A stretch of DNA of 64,000 bases, taken from NCBI GenBank assembly GCA_973895155.1, contig OZ316892.1:8291251-8355250 (forward strand), given 5' to 3'. The notes below the pieces were generated by a model. It saw nothing but the letters and a program-made list of their open reading frames with translations. It had not been told where the DNA came from and searched no databases. This DNA comes from Marsupella aquatica. Its lineage: Eukaryota > Plantae > Marchantiophyta. Below, piece after piece: positions 37,585 through 49,200 of the stretch. The position numbers were made by a program, and so were the translations under genes. Position 1 is the first letter of the stretch. Every line of letters begins with the position of its first letter.

Positions 37585-37656
37585 TGCTTACCTTCCTGAA
37601 TTGCTCGTAGAAAGGAGGAGTCAATGTGCGAAAGTTGTGACATTTGCGTACATTGG

Positions 37657-38045
37657 ATTTGCCCGCCATTTGAGCACAATTTTGAAAGCGTACTAGGCCT
37701 ATGTTACCTCATAGGATGTAGAGAATGAATGTATCGAACGAATACTCAATACAGGCGGATTCGGCCGATGGGGTTGGGCAATGGGCTTGATGCGATGGTT
37801 TCCCGACGGGGGTGTTGTGGGACCCACTCTGGTTGACGGACGGGTGAAGGGCGGACGGAGGGCTGGCGGAGGGCATTTGTAGGGTGGAGGGCGCCAAGGC
37901 GAGCGGGACCTGCTTGCCTGGCGTGCAGGACCTGGGCCGGTCCTGAAAGGGCAACGTGGCAGCAAAAACTGCCCGAAGGGTTCCCTGCCCGGATTAGTAC
38001 GATTAGGAGCATTGATTGTCCTCGAGATTGTCTTTCGTGCTTAAT
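37657..38045 (-). repeat. Right terminal inverted repeat
   Basis: Reverse complement of 30147-30536. The mirrored ORFs 30180..30446 (+) and 37746..38012 (-) are identical for the first ~70 aa. Confidence 0.93.
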
Positions 38046-38180
38046 CTGCTTGTGCTGGATCTAATTTCAGGTTAAATACCTGGTGCGAATGCATGCTGAC
38101 ACAGGGTAATTAATGCTAGTCCGCTGCTTGTGCTGGATCTAATTTCAGGTTAAATACCTGGTGCGAATGCATGCTGACAC
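38046..38180. repeat. 78-bp-period tandem duplication directly flanking the right TIR
   Basis: ctgcttgtgctggatct...catgctgacac at 38046-38102 and 38124-38180. The spacer agggtaattaatgctagtccgctg (38103-38126) also occurs at 30119-30142. Confidence 0.9.
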
Positions 38181-39439
38181 GATTTGTGGAAAGGTTCACG
38201 GGTAACTCAACTCAGTTGGGGAATGGGAGGCGGTGGGTTCAACTCTTGCTATCTTTTTGAGAATGCTTTTTAACATGTTTGAGAATGCTTTTTAACATTC
38301 ACCTCACCCAAAAAGTGAAGATCATTCATGTTAAATAAAATTCAAAAAAATTGTGAGAGGGCGGGCAGTAGGCACGGGCAGGTGTACCCGAGGCTCTTAT
38401 TGAGCCTCGAGATTACCTTTCGTCGTGAATATGCAGGGGCGCAGGGCAATTCCTGCCAGGACTCACACATGAAAATGTGTATTGTCATGGTACCCCTGGA
38501 ATGCGGGCAACTACCCTGCAGGTAATCCACGTGCCTCCTTCATAACACCCCTAATTCATGCATAACCTGTGCGCGGGTGCCGACGCGAGGGCTGATCAAT
38601 CGAAATGCTGCCAAACTTAAGCCCCGGATCTTTGCGGGACTCTATGTCCCGCACAGAGAATGCTCTCTCGTATTCCTATGTGCCTAAAATAAGACACATT
38701 TCTTGCTATGGGAAAACCCCTAACACCATTGCAGTCTGCCCCGCCTCTTCTCTTCGGAGAAGGATCGAAGTCACCTCGTCTAGGCTTGGGGCTCAAGCAA
38801 ATAGCGTGCAAATAGTCGGCGTGGGTGGGCCTCAAGACACACCCCTAGACGAACCGGAGCCACTCGTCTGCATCGCAAATCGAGCCAATGACTACGATAT
38901 CCATGGTACAGTCGATCTTACACACGGCGGCATATATCACCGATTCTGGCAAGCTACAGTGGTCGACTGCGTCTCGGAAAAGCAGATATCACCGAAGCAG
39001 GCAACTCCAGCCGTCCACAGGAAGGCAATGTTCCCTAGCCTTTCTTTGCCCACAGAGACTTACGGTCTCTTCTTCGTCTGCTTTTCGTCCTTCTTCCACG
39101 AAAGTCTTCTTCGGGCTGACATCCTTAGTTTCCCTTTCATGCAACCAGCTGAGGCCTTGGCTTGGTCTTGTGGCCCTTTTCCCCTCTTTTCCTCCCTTTC
39201 ATTGGGTTGCTTTGCTTTGGGATCATGTCTCCCAGTTTTGGGATCATGTCTCCCAGTTCGGTGTTTTTTGCCGTTCAGCACTGTGAGTTACTATATTATT
39301 TTGGGTCTCTTTGTCATTGAGAGCTGCTTTGCCCTTGGCACTTACCTGTATCTCTGTTTGGCGTTTTTGCCTTTTTTGGCACTAATAGATATAGTTGGTC
39401 AGGGGAATAGCCTCAAATCGACAGGTCCCAGGTGGGTGG

Positions 39440-39805
39440 GGTGTAGTGGTGGAATACGATAGAGTGTGTCTTCAGCCCCTGGCTGGCCTGATCGTCTGTC
39501 ACGCCTGGTCCGGGTCTTGGTTGATCCTGATCGTCTGTCACGCCTGGAACGGGTCCTGTTGGATCCCTGGGTATCGGCTCCTTGCGGTTACCCCTACAAA
39601 GGCGCACGCTCCGAGGTTGATTGCCTATCCTATCTTGGATGGGTCTGCTTTGGGTTTCAAGGCAAAAATCTGTAATCCCTTCGCGTACGGATAGGCTCTT
39701 CTTCACGCTCCGAGGTTGATTGCCTATCCTATCTTGGATGGGTCTGCTTTGGGTTTCAAGGCAAAAATCTGTAGTCCCTTCGCGTACGGATAGGCTCTTC
39801 TTCGT
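39440..39805. repeat. Dispersed repeat (diverged copy at ~47880-48135) with an internal ~99 bp tandem duplication
   Basis: gtagtggtggaa..gatccctgggtat..tg.ctatcct.tctt..tgggtct.cttt..tttcaaggcaaaaa is shared by both copies. cacgctccgaggttgattg...ataggctcttcttc occurs twice at 39605 and 39703. Confidence 0.75.
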
Positions 39806-42648
39806 CTTTGCGTCCACCGCCTTATTCTTCTTCTTCGGCTATTTACAGCAGTCATCTGATCGGGCATCAAAGATGTTTCAATTCGTATACATTTGACCGA
39901 TTTGAAATGAGATATGTTTCCTTCGCCAAAATTAAACAGAACAATTATTAAATTTGGATTCGGAGGCACGGATTCACATAAAATTTTGTCATGTTCACGC
40001 ACGAAAGAAACTGGTGGGGAATCCACGGCAACAATTTGTATGTAAATCTCAGGTAGGCTGACAGCAGGGACCCTAATCAGTTTGGGCGTCGAATTTAACC
40101 GCGCAGGCTTTGTCGATCAGCCAGTCATACCAAGACTGATCGCCAGTCATACCGAGACTACGTCTGATGCAGTCCCTTCATTCGAGTACAGTCGATTTTG
40201 AGCTTGGCTAACGGTAGAGCAGACCATGAGCAGGCCATAAGGACTACAGTAGCAGTCTTTTTAGAGGAGAGGCCCTCTGCAAGTCTGCAAGTCTGCATGC
40301 TTTTGCGTGCAGTTGTCCGTCGGTGCCCCTGGCATGCTCCTATTGGGAAACCGAAATTGCGATCGCGTCAAAAACGCGAACACGGAACTGAGAAAGTAAA
40401 CTGAAATGATCAAGGGCCAAGTGGATCCGACGGGTGAACGTATTCGCTGCTGTGTTTGATTGAGTGAATAATTAATGATGAAGTGAAGCCATAGGGACCA
40501 GAAAGTGTGCCTATTTGACTCTTTATTTAAGAGACGAGTTACTTACAGGACATGCACGAGCAACCAAGCTGCTCCCCAGCAAGAATAGTAGAGGGCAGCG
40601 GGGTTTATAATCCGGCAGCCTCGCGGGTAAGAGAGGTGATGGACCGATAAAATTATGATCGTCATGAGGAAGGAGCGACTCCAAAAGGTCTCTCCACTGC
40701 ATATGGCTGCCGGAGATTCACAAATCTTGTATCGTACGTAACTGCAGCCATTGTGTCAAAGCCATTATTAGTATTACACGGTGTAATAGAATGGGCAGTA
40801 CATCCAAAGGAATATAACTCTGAGTATTTTGGCACTACTACCCTTGGTCTCTTTCACTTTTGTAGTAAAACTTATCGTCGCGGGGACCGTTGGAAACTAA
40901 AAAGATCCATAAAATCTACAGTAGGCGTCAACAAAAGTCGCTCCGGAAATGTCTCTTTGGTGTCTCACTGTAGCGGCAGCCAGCCAAGGCTCGTGGCGCC
41001 GCGCTTACGTGGTGCACCATGCCGAACGGTTGATGAGCTTTCTACAGGTACGAGGTACGTCCCGGCCCGTCCTCTCCCCTAAGAAACGATAATATTATAA
41101 TCGAACTGATGGGGTTGCACCAATGCACCATGGAACTCATCCTCTTGGGTGTCTCACTGTAGCTGCAGCCAGCCAAGGCAAGTCTTCAAAATTGATCACT
41201 CCAGTTTCAGGTACGTGGCGCCGCGCTTACTTGGTGCACCATGCCGAACGGATGATGAGCTTTCTACAGGTCCGTCCTCGCCCCCAAGAAACGATCATAT
41301 TATAATCGAACTGATGAGGCTGCAACATGGAAGGCATTCGGCGGAAACAATAAGCTGGGTAACACAACAAAGTACAAATTGGGCTCGGTATTGCCGTGAT
41401 GCTGCCAGCGTCGTCGTTCCCGGGTCGTCGTTAAGAACTCACTTTCGTCTACCTGGGCTAGAATGCGTCGTTCATTCATTCATTTGTTGGATGTGAAACA
41501 CTTCACAGCTTGGAATATCTCACTACTTTTTAGTGTGACGCTTTCTCTCCACCTCCTGCATTGGCGCTATGCAGTTGGACGGCGCAGCGCTCAAGAGATC
41601 GTACAAGTAGCATATATTCGGGGCAGCGAGTCCGACTCCATCGATACTACTAGTGCTGTACTGGACCAGCCTTTGTGGGTGCAAGGATCCCACGGACAAG
41701 CTAGGTGTTTTGCCAGTTTTTGTGGTTGCATCCAATCGCCTAGGCAAATTGAGTAGTGGGATTTGACGATGAATGGGCAACACAAAAAAGACTTGTGCAG
41801 GACAGTACTCGACTCCCTATGGCTGCAAATTATATCACGTCCGAGCTCAAGTGCTTATGGGCCAGTCTCCCGCGACACCATCTGATTATCGTCAAGTGCA
41901 GACCCATTCCTGATTTTCAGGAAAAGCTCGGGCTGCCCTCACTTTGTGCAAATCTTCCCTATAAGAAATAAAATTATGTTTCGGTTCCTTGAACATCAAG
42001 ACGTCCTGAGAAACTCCACAAGCGGGACAGTAGTTCGAGCAGTATCGATTATAGGAAGACATCATGACAGAGAAGAGCAGAATTCCGTCTCACAGATGAC
42101 TAATTAGCCCAGACTCTGCCAAAACGGTACCTTACCATAGATGTGTGCGGAGAAAGATTGTTACATGTTTTTAAAACGACTGGCATGCACTTTTGAAACG
42201 CAACTTTTGAGAAAAACCGAACATATTTTGATATGAAAAAATATGATCAAAACCAAATTCTATTGCAGGAGTCTATAATCAATTCAAACTAGCCTGCATT
42301 TTAGTATTTTTATTAAAATTCTAAAAATTGATTACTTATTTAAGTTTACTTTTATTAGGAAGTGTTTTTAATCTTATCTGTAAAAAAACGAAAATCAATT
42401 TTTTCTACATGCCTCAAAAAATTGAAAATTGAAGAACCCAGTGTTTTCAAATTTTATTCTTTTATGATAAGCAACCTTTTAATCTATAAAAAAATAAAAA
42501 TATAGAGATGTGTGTGGCGTACCCAGACCTGACTCACACTTGACCCAGATATATGAATTATTACTAAGCACCGGTTCCATGACAAAAGATCACAATAAAA
42601 TAATGTTTATTGAGTTGAGTAAGCCTGGGTGAAGGTAGAGAACTTGCA

Positions 42649-43125
42649 TCTCCATACATATAAAGCGAGTGAGTCAGGGTCCAGATTTCTAGAGTGACCC
42701 CACCAACTCCAAGATCCCACCAAAGGTTTTTAGAGTGAAACGTCTAGATAGTGACTAGAGTACCCCACCAAGACAGTGACTTTAGAACCACACCAACTCT
42801 AGGATCCCATCCAAGGTTTCTAGAGTGAAGCCTCTACACTAGAACCTCAGCAAAGTAAAATGTGCTTGGAACAAAGATATACATATACATGATCCTGGAA
42901 CGAAGATATACATAGGCATGATCATGTACTATGTATGACATGAATGAGATCATATGTATATGTAAAAAAAAAGGCATAGATGTGTACAGACATGAATGAA
43001 AGTATATGTGATATACATGATGGTATATTATGTATGACTTGACTAATATTTTATTATTTTATTCATATATAACAAATAAAAATCTCTTCTCTACTGACTT
43101 TCAAAAAATGGGTACTTGGGGCTAG
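42649..43125 (+). mobile_element. Non-autonomous Helitron-like insertion (~477 bp)
   Basis: Starts TC (a|TCTCCATACATATAAAG), ends CTAG (GGGGCTAG|t), sits between A and T with no TSD. The flanks rejoin to match the diverged paralogous empty site at ~27190-27300 (aagcctgggtgaa....ca|tacc..caaataatg). The 3' hairpin is degenerate. Confidence 0.72.
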
Positions 43126-43593
43126 TACCATCAAATAATGAAGCGAACTTAAACTCATTTTACTTGCAAGATTCATTTCGACTCGTGAATACAGTGTCAA
43201 TTACACAAGTCAAGTTCATGTTCATAGAAAGACTACGAGGTGCCCTTTAGGAGACCTGCTCCCATAAAAGCTAACCTCGGAGGTCTATATGATCTTCAAT
43301 CCATGAGAATTACAATCAAGACGTATTTCATAGACGACAGTTGCAGACATTCCACTACGAAGGGAGAATTGGCACTAAGACACGAGGTCGATTGACATGA
43401 AGAGCTCCGCACTACATTGTCTCTGAGCTACCCAGTGAATCATTGTTATTGTACAAATGAAGAAAATTCCCGAAGAGGTACTCAAAAACCTCCGTTTGGA
43501 AATGAAACGCTGGGAAGATTCATTTTCTCCCTGCACGGTACGACATTCATCGAGGTGACCAGATAGTATCATCAATCCTGCATGGAGACCTGG

Positions 43594-44639
43594 CTACTTG
43601 TTGAAGGCCAGCACCCTATTAAAAGAGACGATTGGACCCGTAGTCAATGCATAGCCGGGGAGTCTCTTCCTCTCTAACACAGCTGTGTGCAAGTTTATCT
43701 TGACATCAAACTCCAGGCGCTGTAGCTGTAACCGGCGCTGTAACTCCGCATGCGGGTGTAGCTCCCATTCAACCTCTGCCACAAAGGATTCCGGATGAAG
43801 GTGCATGCGATCCGGGAGAATCGCCAGCCTTGGCCTGGAACCCCATCTCGACTTGTTCAACTTTAACTCCGTGCCATTCGTAGATCTGTTTACCGCCCAG
43901 ATCAAAACCGCTGCATTGGTGTCCTCAATTCTCCGAGTAGGACCAAATCCAAATGCAGGGGCAGTGTGAGAAACGGTAGTGCCGAATTGGGGGGCGACAG
44001 AAGGGCTGGAGGAGAGCTGAAAGTTGTAGCCGGAGTTTCGTTGCAGCCCAAAAATCTCGGCAGTGCAGTACGGTTTCAACGTCATACTGTGGCAGTCGGC
44101 TTCATTGAAGAACTTGGGGCAAACTCCGATCGTGAATTGGTGAATGAAGGCCGTTTTGCGCTCCTGGTCACATGATCGATTCCATACGGAGCAATCTCGG
44201 GTGCAGCAGTTTTTAACACCAAAGTCCGCTTGGACAAGAGACAGTTTCGCTCTGATGCACCTCGCGTCCCTGTTTGACAACACATTGGACGATCCCTTCA
44301 CGGAATTAGTTTCAGTTTCTTACAATTCGAAATACTCATCTTTCAGAATCGGACACTTAGATTGGTAGAGAAGATAGTCAAACCGAACAGAGAAATATCA
44401 CGACGAAAATAGATCAAGCACCGTGTGCAGTCCAAGCTGAAAAAAAAGTCCCCGAAAGGCTCTCGCTTGGATCCCGCCATCTCGACAGCTTTCCCCCTGC
44501 AGATAACTTTTGACGCCCCTTCGCGCGTCCATCCGGTCGCAAGCAAGGGGATCGAGTTCGACACTCGGTTCGACCCCAGTGCGATTGCAGATGGGAACTT
44601 CGCGCGCGGCAGATCTTCTGCGACAGGTCCACATGGCAA
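43594..44639 (-). CDS. Unknown two-exon Cys/His/Trp-rich protein, divergent paralogue 2 of 3 (5' end possibly frameshifted)
   Basis: Exon ~44639-44422 (RGKAVEMAGSKREPFGDFFFSLDCT) and exon 44269-43594 (DFGVKNCCTRDC..., HLHPESFVAEVEWELHP, GPIVSF) are joined by a phase-2 intron at the same site as in the paralogues. The nearest ATG (~44634) is out of frame by one base. Confidence 0.7.
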
Positions 44640-46049
44640 TCCAGTAAAACCAGAGAAAACGATGTCTACGAGCGACTTGTTCCATATTCAAAATGTACAT
44701 TTGCTATATCTGGAGTCGATGATCCAGTACATGTAGAGGAGATCTAATGTGTACCGAATCCACCATACTCAATCTGAACGAAAGTACGAATTGCCCAGCA
44801 GCTAGGAAGAACATAGGAGAGGCTGGTGAGACAACGTAAGTCGCCTTTACTGACGAGAAGACTCTGTCGGTATCAAATGTCTTCAATCCTATGCTCTGCA
44901 GCACAGAGCCCGTTAGTAACATATAAGGAAAGACGATTAATTAGGAGAGCCGTCCGCCAGTGACAGTTGGGCACAGTGCCGCCACAAAGGTACCGCTCCA
45001 GGACACGGATAGTGGTTCAGCATGTCAGAGAACGGTCTACAAAACCGCAGAGGAGATCAAGAAGACAGACTAACACACAAAAACCAAATATGACCACAAT
45101 TTGCCGACTACATTGTTGTATCAGGGTATTCACCTGCCACCTTATTGTCCAGGCGGAGAAGAACCGCAGAGTCCGTGGAACGGAAACACTGCGCCTCGTC
45201 TTCGACAGTATCCTCGCCGTCACCACCCAACACGTCACGCATGTTCCCCTGCATCATGCTATCGACTGAAGCTCACGAGCGTCTGGACGAGAGCAAAGCA
45301 ACCACGGATTTAGTACTCCTGCAAACGCCGAAGAAGAAGCTAGGTGTGAGAGAACGGCTTGCACCGAAGAAGATTTAAGGCAGTTTTACAGGTTCCTGTC
45401 ATATTAATTGGGTTTCTCGGTTTCGTCGACAGCAGTGGGTCGATGGGGGACGCTTACGACCTTGCTCATCTGCAACTTTTTTGGGTCCCACCCATTTGTT
45501 CTGCTATTTCCCTTGCGCTCAAAGCCGAATATGAGGCAGGCAGCCAGGCAAGTGCATTCACTCGTACGAGTGACAGGGTGACACCTCTCCGGCGCCGGCC
45601 TGCCTTACGAGAGCAAAGTGTATTGTGTCTTTTCAATGCCAACCCGTGAGGTTTCGTGCTATGAAGACATAGATACTTGATGGACCCCCAAAATGCAAAG
45701 TGTTACTTGATGTATACTTGATGGATCCATGAGTGATCCTGACAAAATGCAAAGTGTTACTTGATGTATACTTGATGGATCCATGAGTGATCCAGACCTT
45801 TGATGGACCTCAAATCAATGTACCCCCAAAAGTTCATGGGGCAAATAAAACATTTCAATTTAGAGGTCCATCAAATATATCTCTCTATTGTGAATCATAC
45901 ATAGAAATGTGGCTACATTGATTGAAAGAAAAAAGCTAAGATTATCACTGTATGCACGGGTGTCATATGTCATATTTTGATTTACGACACCCCTCTTCAC
46001 ATACCGTAACCTTAGTTTGAGAAGACATACACCCCTGCATATTTTGATA

Positions 46050-46260
46050 TACAACACCCCTCGTGTATGTCTTCTCAAAGCCTACAGTTAATTTTCTATT
46101 TGCGAAAGCCCTCGTGTATGTCTTCTCAAAGCCCACAGTTAATTTTCTATTTGCGAAATCCCTCACAGAGTTAGTTTTCTATTTCGTAAACCCCGTCTTC
46201 TCAATGGCCACAGTTAGTTTTCTATTTGGTAAACCCTCGACTATTTTTTTTATTTGTTAA
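46050..46260. repeat. Degenerate ~51 bp tandem repeat (ccctcgtgtatgtcttctcaaagcc.acagttaattttctatttgcgaaa), possibly a TE subterminal region
   Basis: Two near-perfect and two decayed units, followed by a poly-C/GC-rich tract. Confidence 0.7.
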
Positions 46261-49200
46261 TCCGCACAGTTCTCCTCCTTCGCCCCATCTCCCCCCCCCC
46301 CCCCCCCGCCACGCCTCCCCTGGCCATCCTTGTGCCACCGCCCAGCCCCCTACTACGCACACTCTCTCGTCCGCTGCCCGTCAGCAGCAGTATTGGGTCC
46401 CTGGGTCCCTGGGTCCCTCGACCCCTCTTTTGCCCGACTCACCTGGTTTGCCTGTGAGCAGCTGATCACCAGCCTAGTATTTAACCTAGTACTGATTCAG
46501 GCAATACTTGGTTCAGGCAACCGGCGGGCAGATATCTCCCTCATCCCACAAACAAATCAAATATAATTTTGTTACCCGATTAAGTGACGGCCAACATCGC
46601 TCACAAGCGTAGTTCAAAGTAGAAAAAAATGTTACAAATCATGCATGTGGAGCCGATGGCTTCATTCGACAGGCGTAGAAGTGGACTATCAAAAAATCTG
46701 TTACGACGGATGGCTGCGAGTAGGTCGAACTACCTAGACAGAATTAGATTTCCCGCTCCCAAGGCTTTTGGGGAGCTAGGATGGTCGGAAGCTCCCTGGT
46801 TTTGGGAGTGAAACAATAATAGCCGCTGGGAACTCTAGGAGGAGTACCTTGGTTTTCTTAATTCACTTCGAAATAGGAGCACTATCAAATTTTTGCGGTC
46901 AAATCTATCTCACTATGTCAACGGGGAACCTGCTGTGGGTGTACGAGAGTTCATTCCGCTATCCTGGAAGAGACGAGACCGGACCGCGGAGTTTCTCTTC
47001 CACGATCGCTCAGTGAATGCGAGTTCCAATGCTCGATAGTTTTTCAGCCAGTTACTCAGTAAGTATTAGAAAGATGGGTCAATTCATTCCTCGTATTTTC
47101 ATATCCCTTGTTTTGTGATTGAATTCATTTTCGACCTGACCACTGAAGACTACACTGACAGAACCTGAATAGTTCAGGGCTTATTGAACGAGAGTCAGCA
47201 CCAAACTAGTGATTCGGAAGCTCGTCGTATTTCAATCTGTAGTCTGCAGTCCGCTGAAAAGTCCTAGCCCTTGAATTTACCAAACCTGGGAATGTTCTAT
47301 AAAAAGTGGAGCAGATATATCTCGAGCTACATTGGTTGATGGCACTAAAATCAGGCTCAAAGTAGAAGAGTAACTCAATTCAGGCTCACCAGAGCAATTT
47401 TTTATCTTGATTCGATTCGAGCTCCCTAGCTTTTGGTGAAGTTACCGTACTCAGTTTCAATTTAAGCTTGCTAGCTTTAGACCAAAGCAACGTATTTCGC
47501 TTATTTCATTTGTACATTTTAATTCTATTCATCAATACATTTCGTTCAGTACTGAGAGATTTCAGTTCAGCATCGAGACTTTTCAGATTAGCATGGAGAC
47601 TAGTTTTGGATCGAGACATTTCACGTACTTAATTGTTTCGTCCAATTAGTATTCCCTTCGGACCATTCTAGCACTTTGAACTTAGTTTGACTCGGCTGGA
47701 TCATGGTTTGAAATTAGGTTCAAACCAAGCAAAACACATTGGACACATGATGATCCTAGAACCTAGAGGTCCCAGGATCAATACCGGCTCCACACATAAG
47801 GGGTGTGAAGGGTGGATCAATACTGGCTCCACACATAAGGGGTGTGAAGGGTATGTGTGTGTGGGTGTAGTGGTGGGAATATGTGAAGGGTATGTGTGTG
47901 TGGGTGGAATGTAGTGGTGGAAGTATTGATTATCTCCTTAGCCTTGGTTGCCCACTTTGGGTTATGGTTTAATCCTCTCTCCCTCCTGGTCTAGGTCCTG
48001 CCAGATCCCTGGGTATTGTCCCCTTGTGGTTGCCCTACATAGAAATGCATGTTCCAAAGTAAGATGTCTATCCTCTCTTATGTGGGTCTACTTTCTGTTT
48101 TCAAGGCAAAAAAAAACCCTGCTAACCCTCTATTAGGAAGAACTTGGTTTTACAAGTCAGTTTTCAAATGTTGCATTAAAAAAGTACTACCAGAGCATAT
48201 TGTAGTTTTTGAATGCGGTCAATGAGAGTTACAAATGTCCATCCAGGCATTTTGGCAAACCTAGAGGCCTGTCCGAGCTTCATTTTAAGTACTTATATTT
48301 TCAAGATGGACTACTATGCTTGTAAATTAGTAAGTTCTCGAAACCCTAACCTTGGTACTAAGTGACATACAATCGCGAAACTCAACTACCTTAAATCTTA
48401 GTTTCGGCGTCGCTGACTCCGACGCCGAGCTCCCTTATGGTCCAAGCCCAGATAGGCCATCCGTGGATCGAGGACTTAGCGTGGGGGGACTTTTGGGCAA
48501 CCGGGCGTGGCACTGGCAAAGGCAAGGTGCTAAGCTAGTGACACACACTAATTAAGGACTTTGACTAGCTGAGGGCTAGTCGGGTCAAGGGGAAAAGGGC
48601 CGGGCTCAAGGTTGACCGTCCGGACCCCCGGACGGACTTTGAGTTATGAGGGCTTGAGTGAGACCTCCTCTTGGGCCCAAGGCCAATTAATTAATGGAGT
48701 TGACTCCATGGGCAACGGACGCTTGAAGTGTAAGTTATGGCCTGATCGTGTTTGGCTGATCGAGGGCCCCAGGCGATGATAGGATCTAAGGGCCTAGGCA
48801 TGAGCACTAGGTCGACCTGATCACAATGAGCTACACCTAACTAGTCAGAAAGTTATGGGCGTTGCCAGTTGGTGGCGCGCCCAGACATGCAGGGTGGGGG
48901 GCCAAAATTTGGGGACCAAAGGCGGTCCGAGGTGGCAGATCCCCAGAAGCATATATGAGGGGAGTGGTGTCTCCTTGGGGGCTAAGAGCGAGCCGAAGTC
49001 ATGAGCCACGGCGGTCGCGACACTAAGGAAAAATGTCAAACAAAAACGGCGATAACTTCTCAATATTAAGTCCGTTGGAGGACTTCTTGGATGCGTTGGA
49101 AAGCTCTCTAGGAGGGCTACATCTTCTTGAGCTCAGATGGGTCTAGGGGCACCATAGGTTCTCGGAGTTTGCGGGGGCTATCTTGCCCGCTTGTCAAATC

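Larger units (their letters stand above)
30147..38045. mobile_element. Mutator-like (MULE) DNA transposon, ~7.9 kb, with long TIRs, carrying a transposase and a TET/JBP-like dioxygenase
   Basis: ~390 bp inverted repeats at both ends enclose a MULE DDE/SWIM transposase (-) and a 2OG-Fe(II) ORF (+). No canonical 9-11 bp TSD found. Confidence 0.88.

Noticed and set aside
38605-39462. 285 aa ORF
   Set aside because: No recognisable domain; the C-terminal half runs through a dispersed repeat with an internal duplication.
46629-47030. Coding-like stretch MAASRSNYLDRIRFPAP...
   Set aside because: Interrupted by stops, with no recognisable homology.
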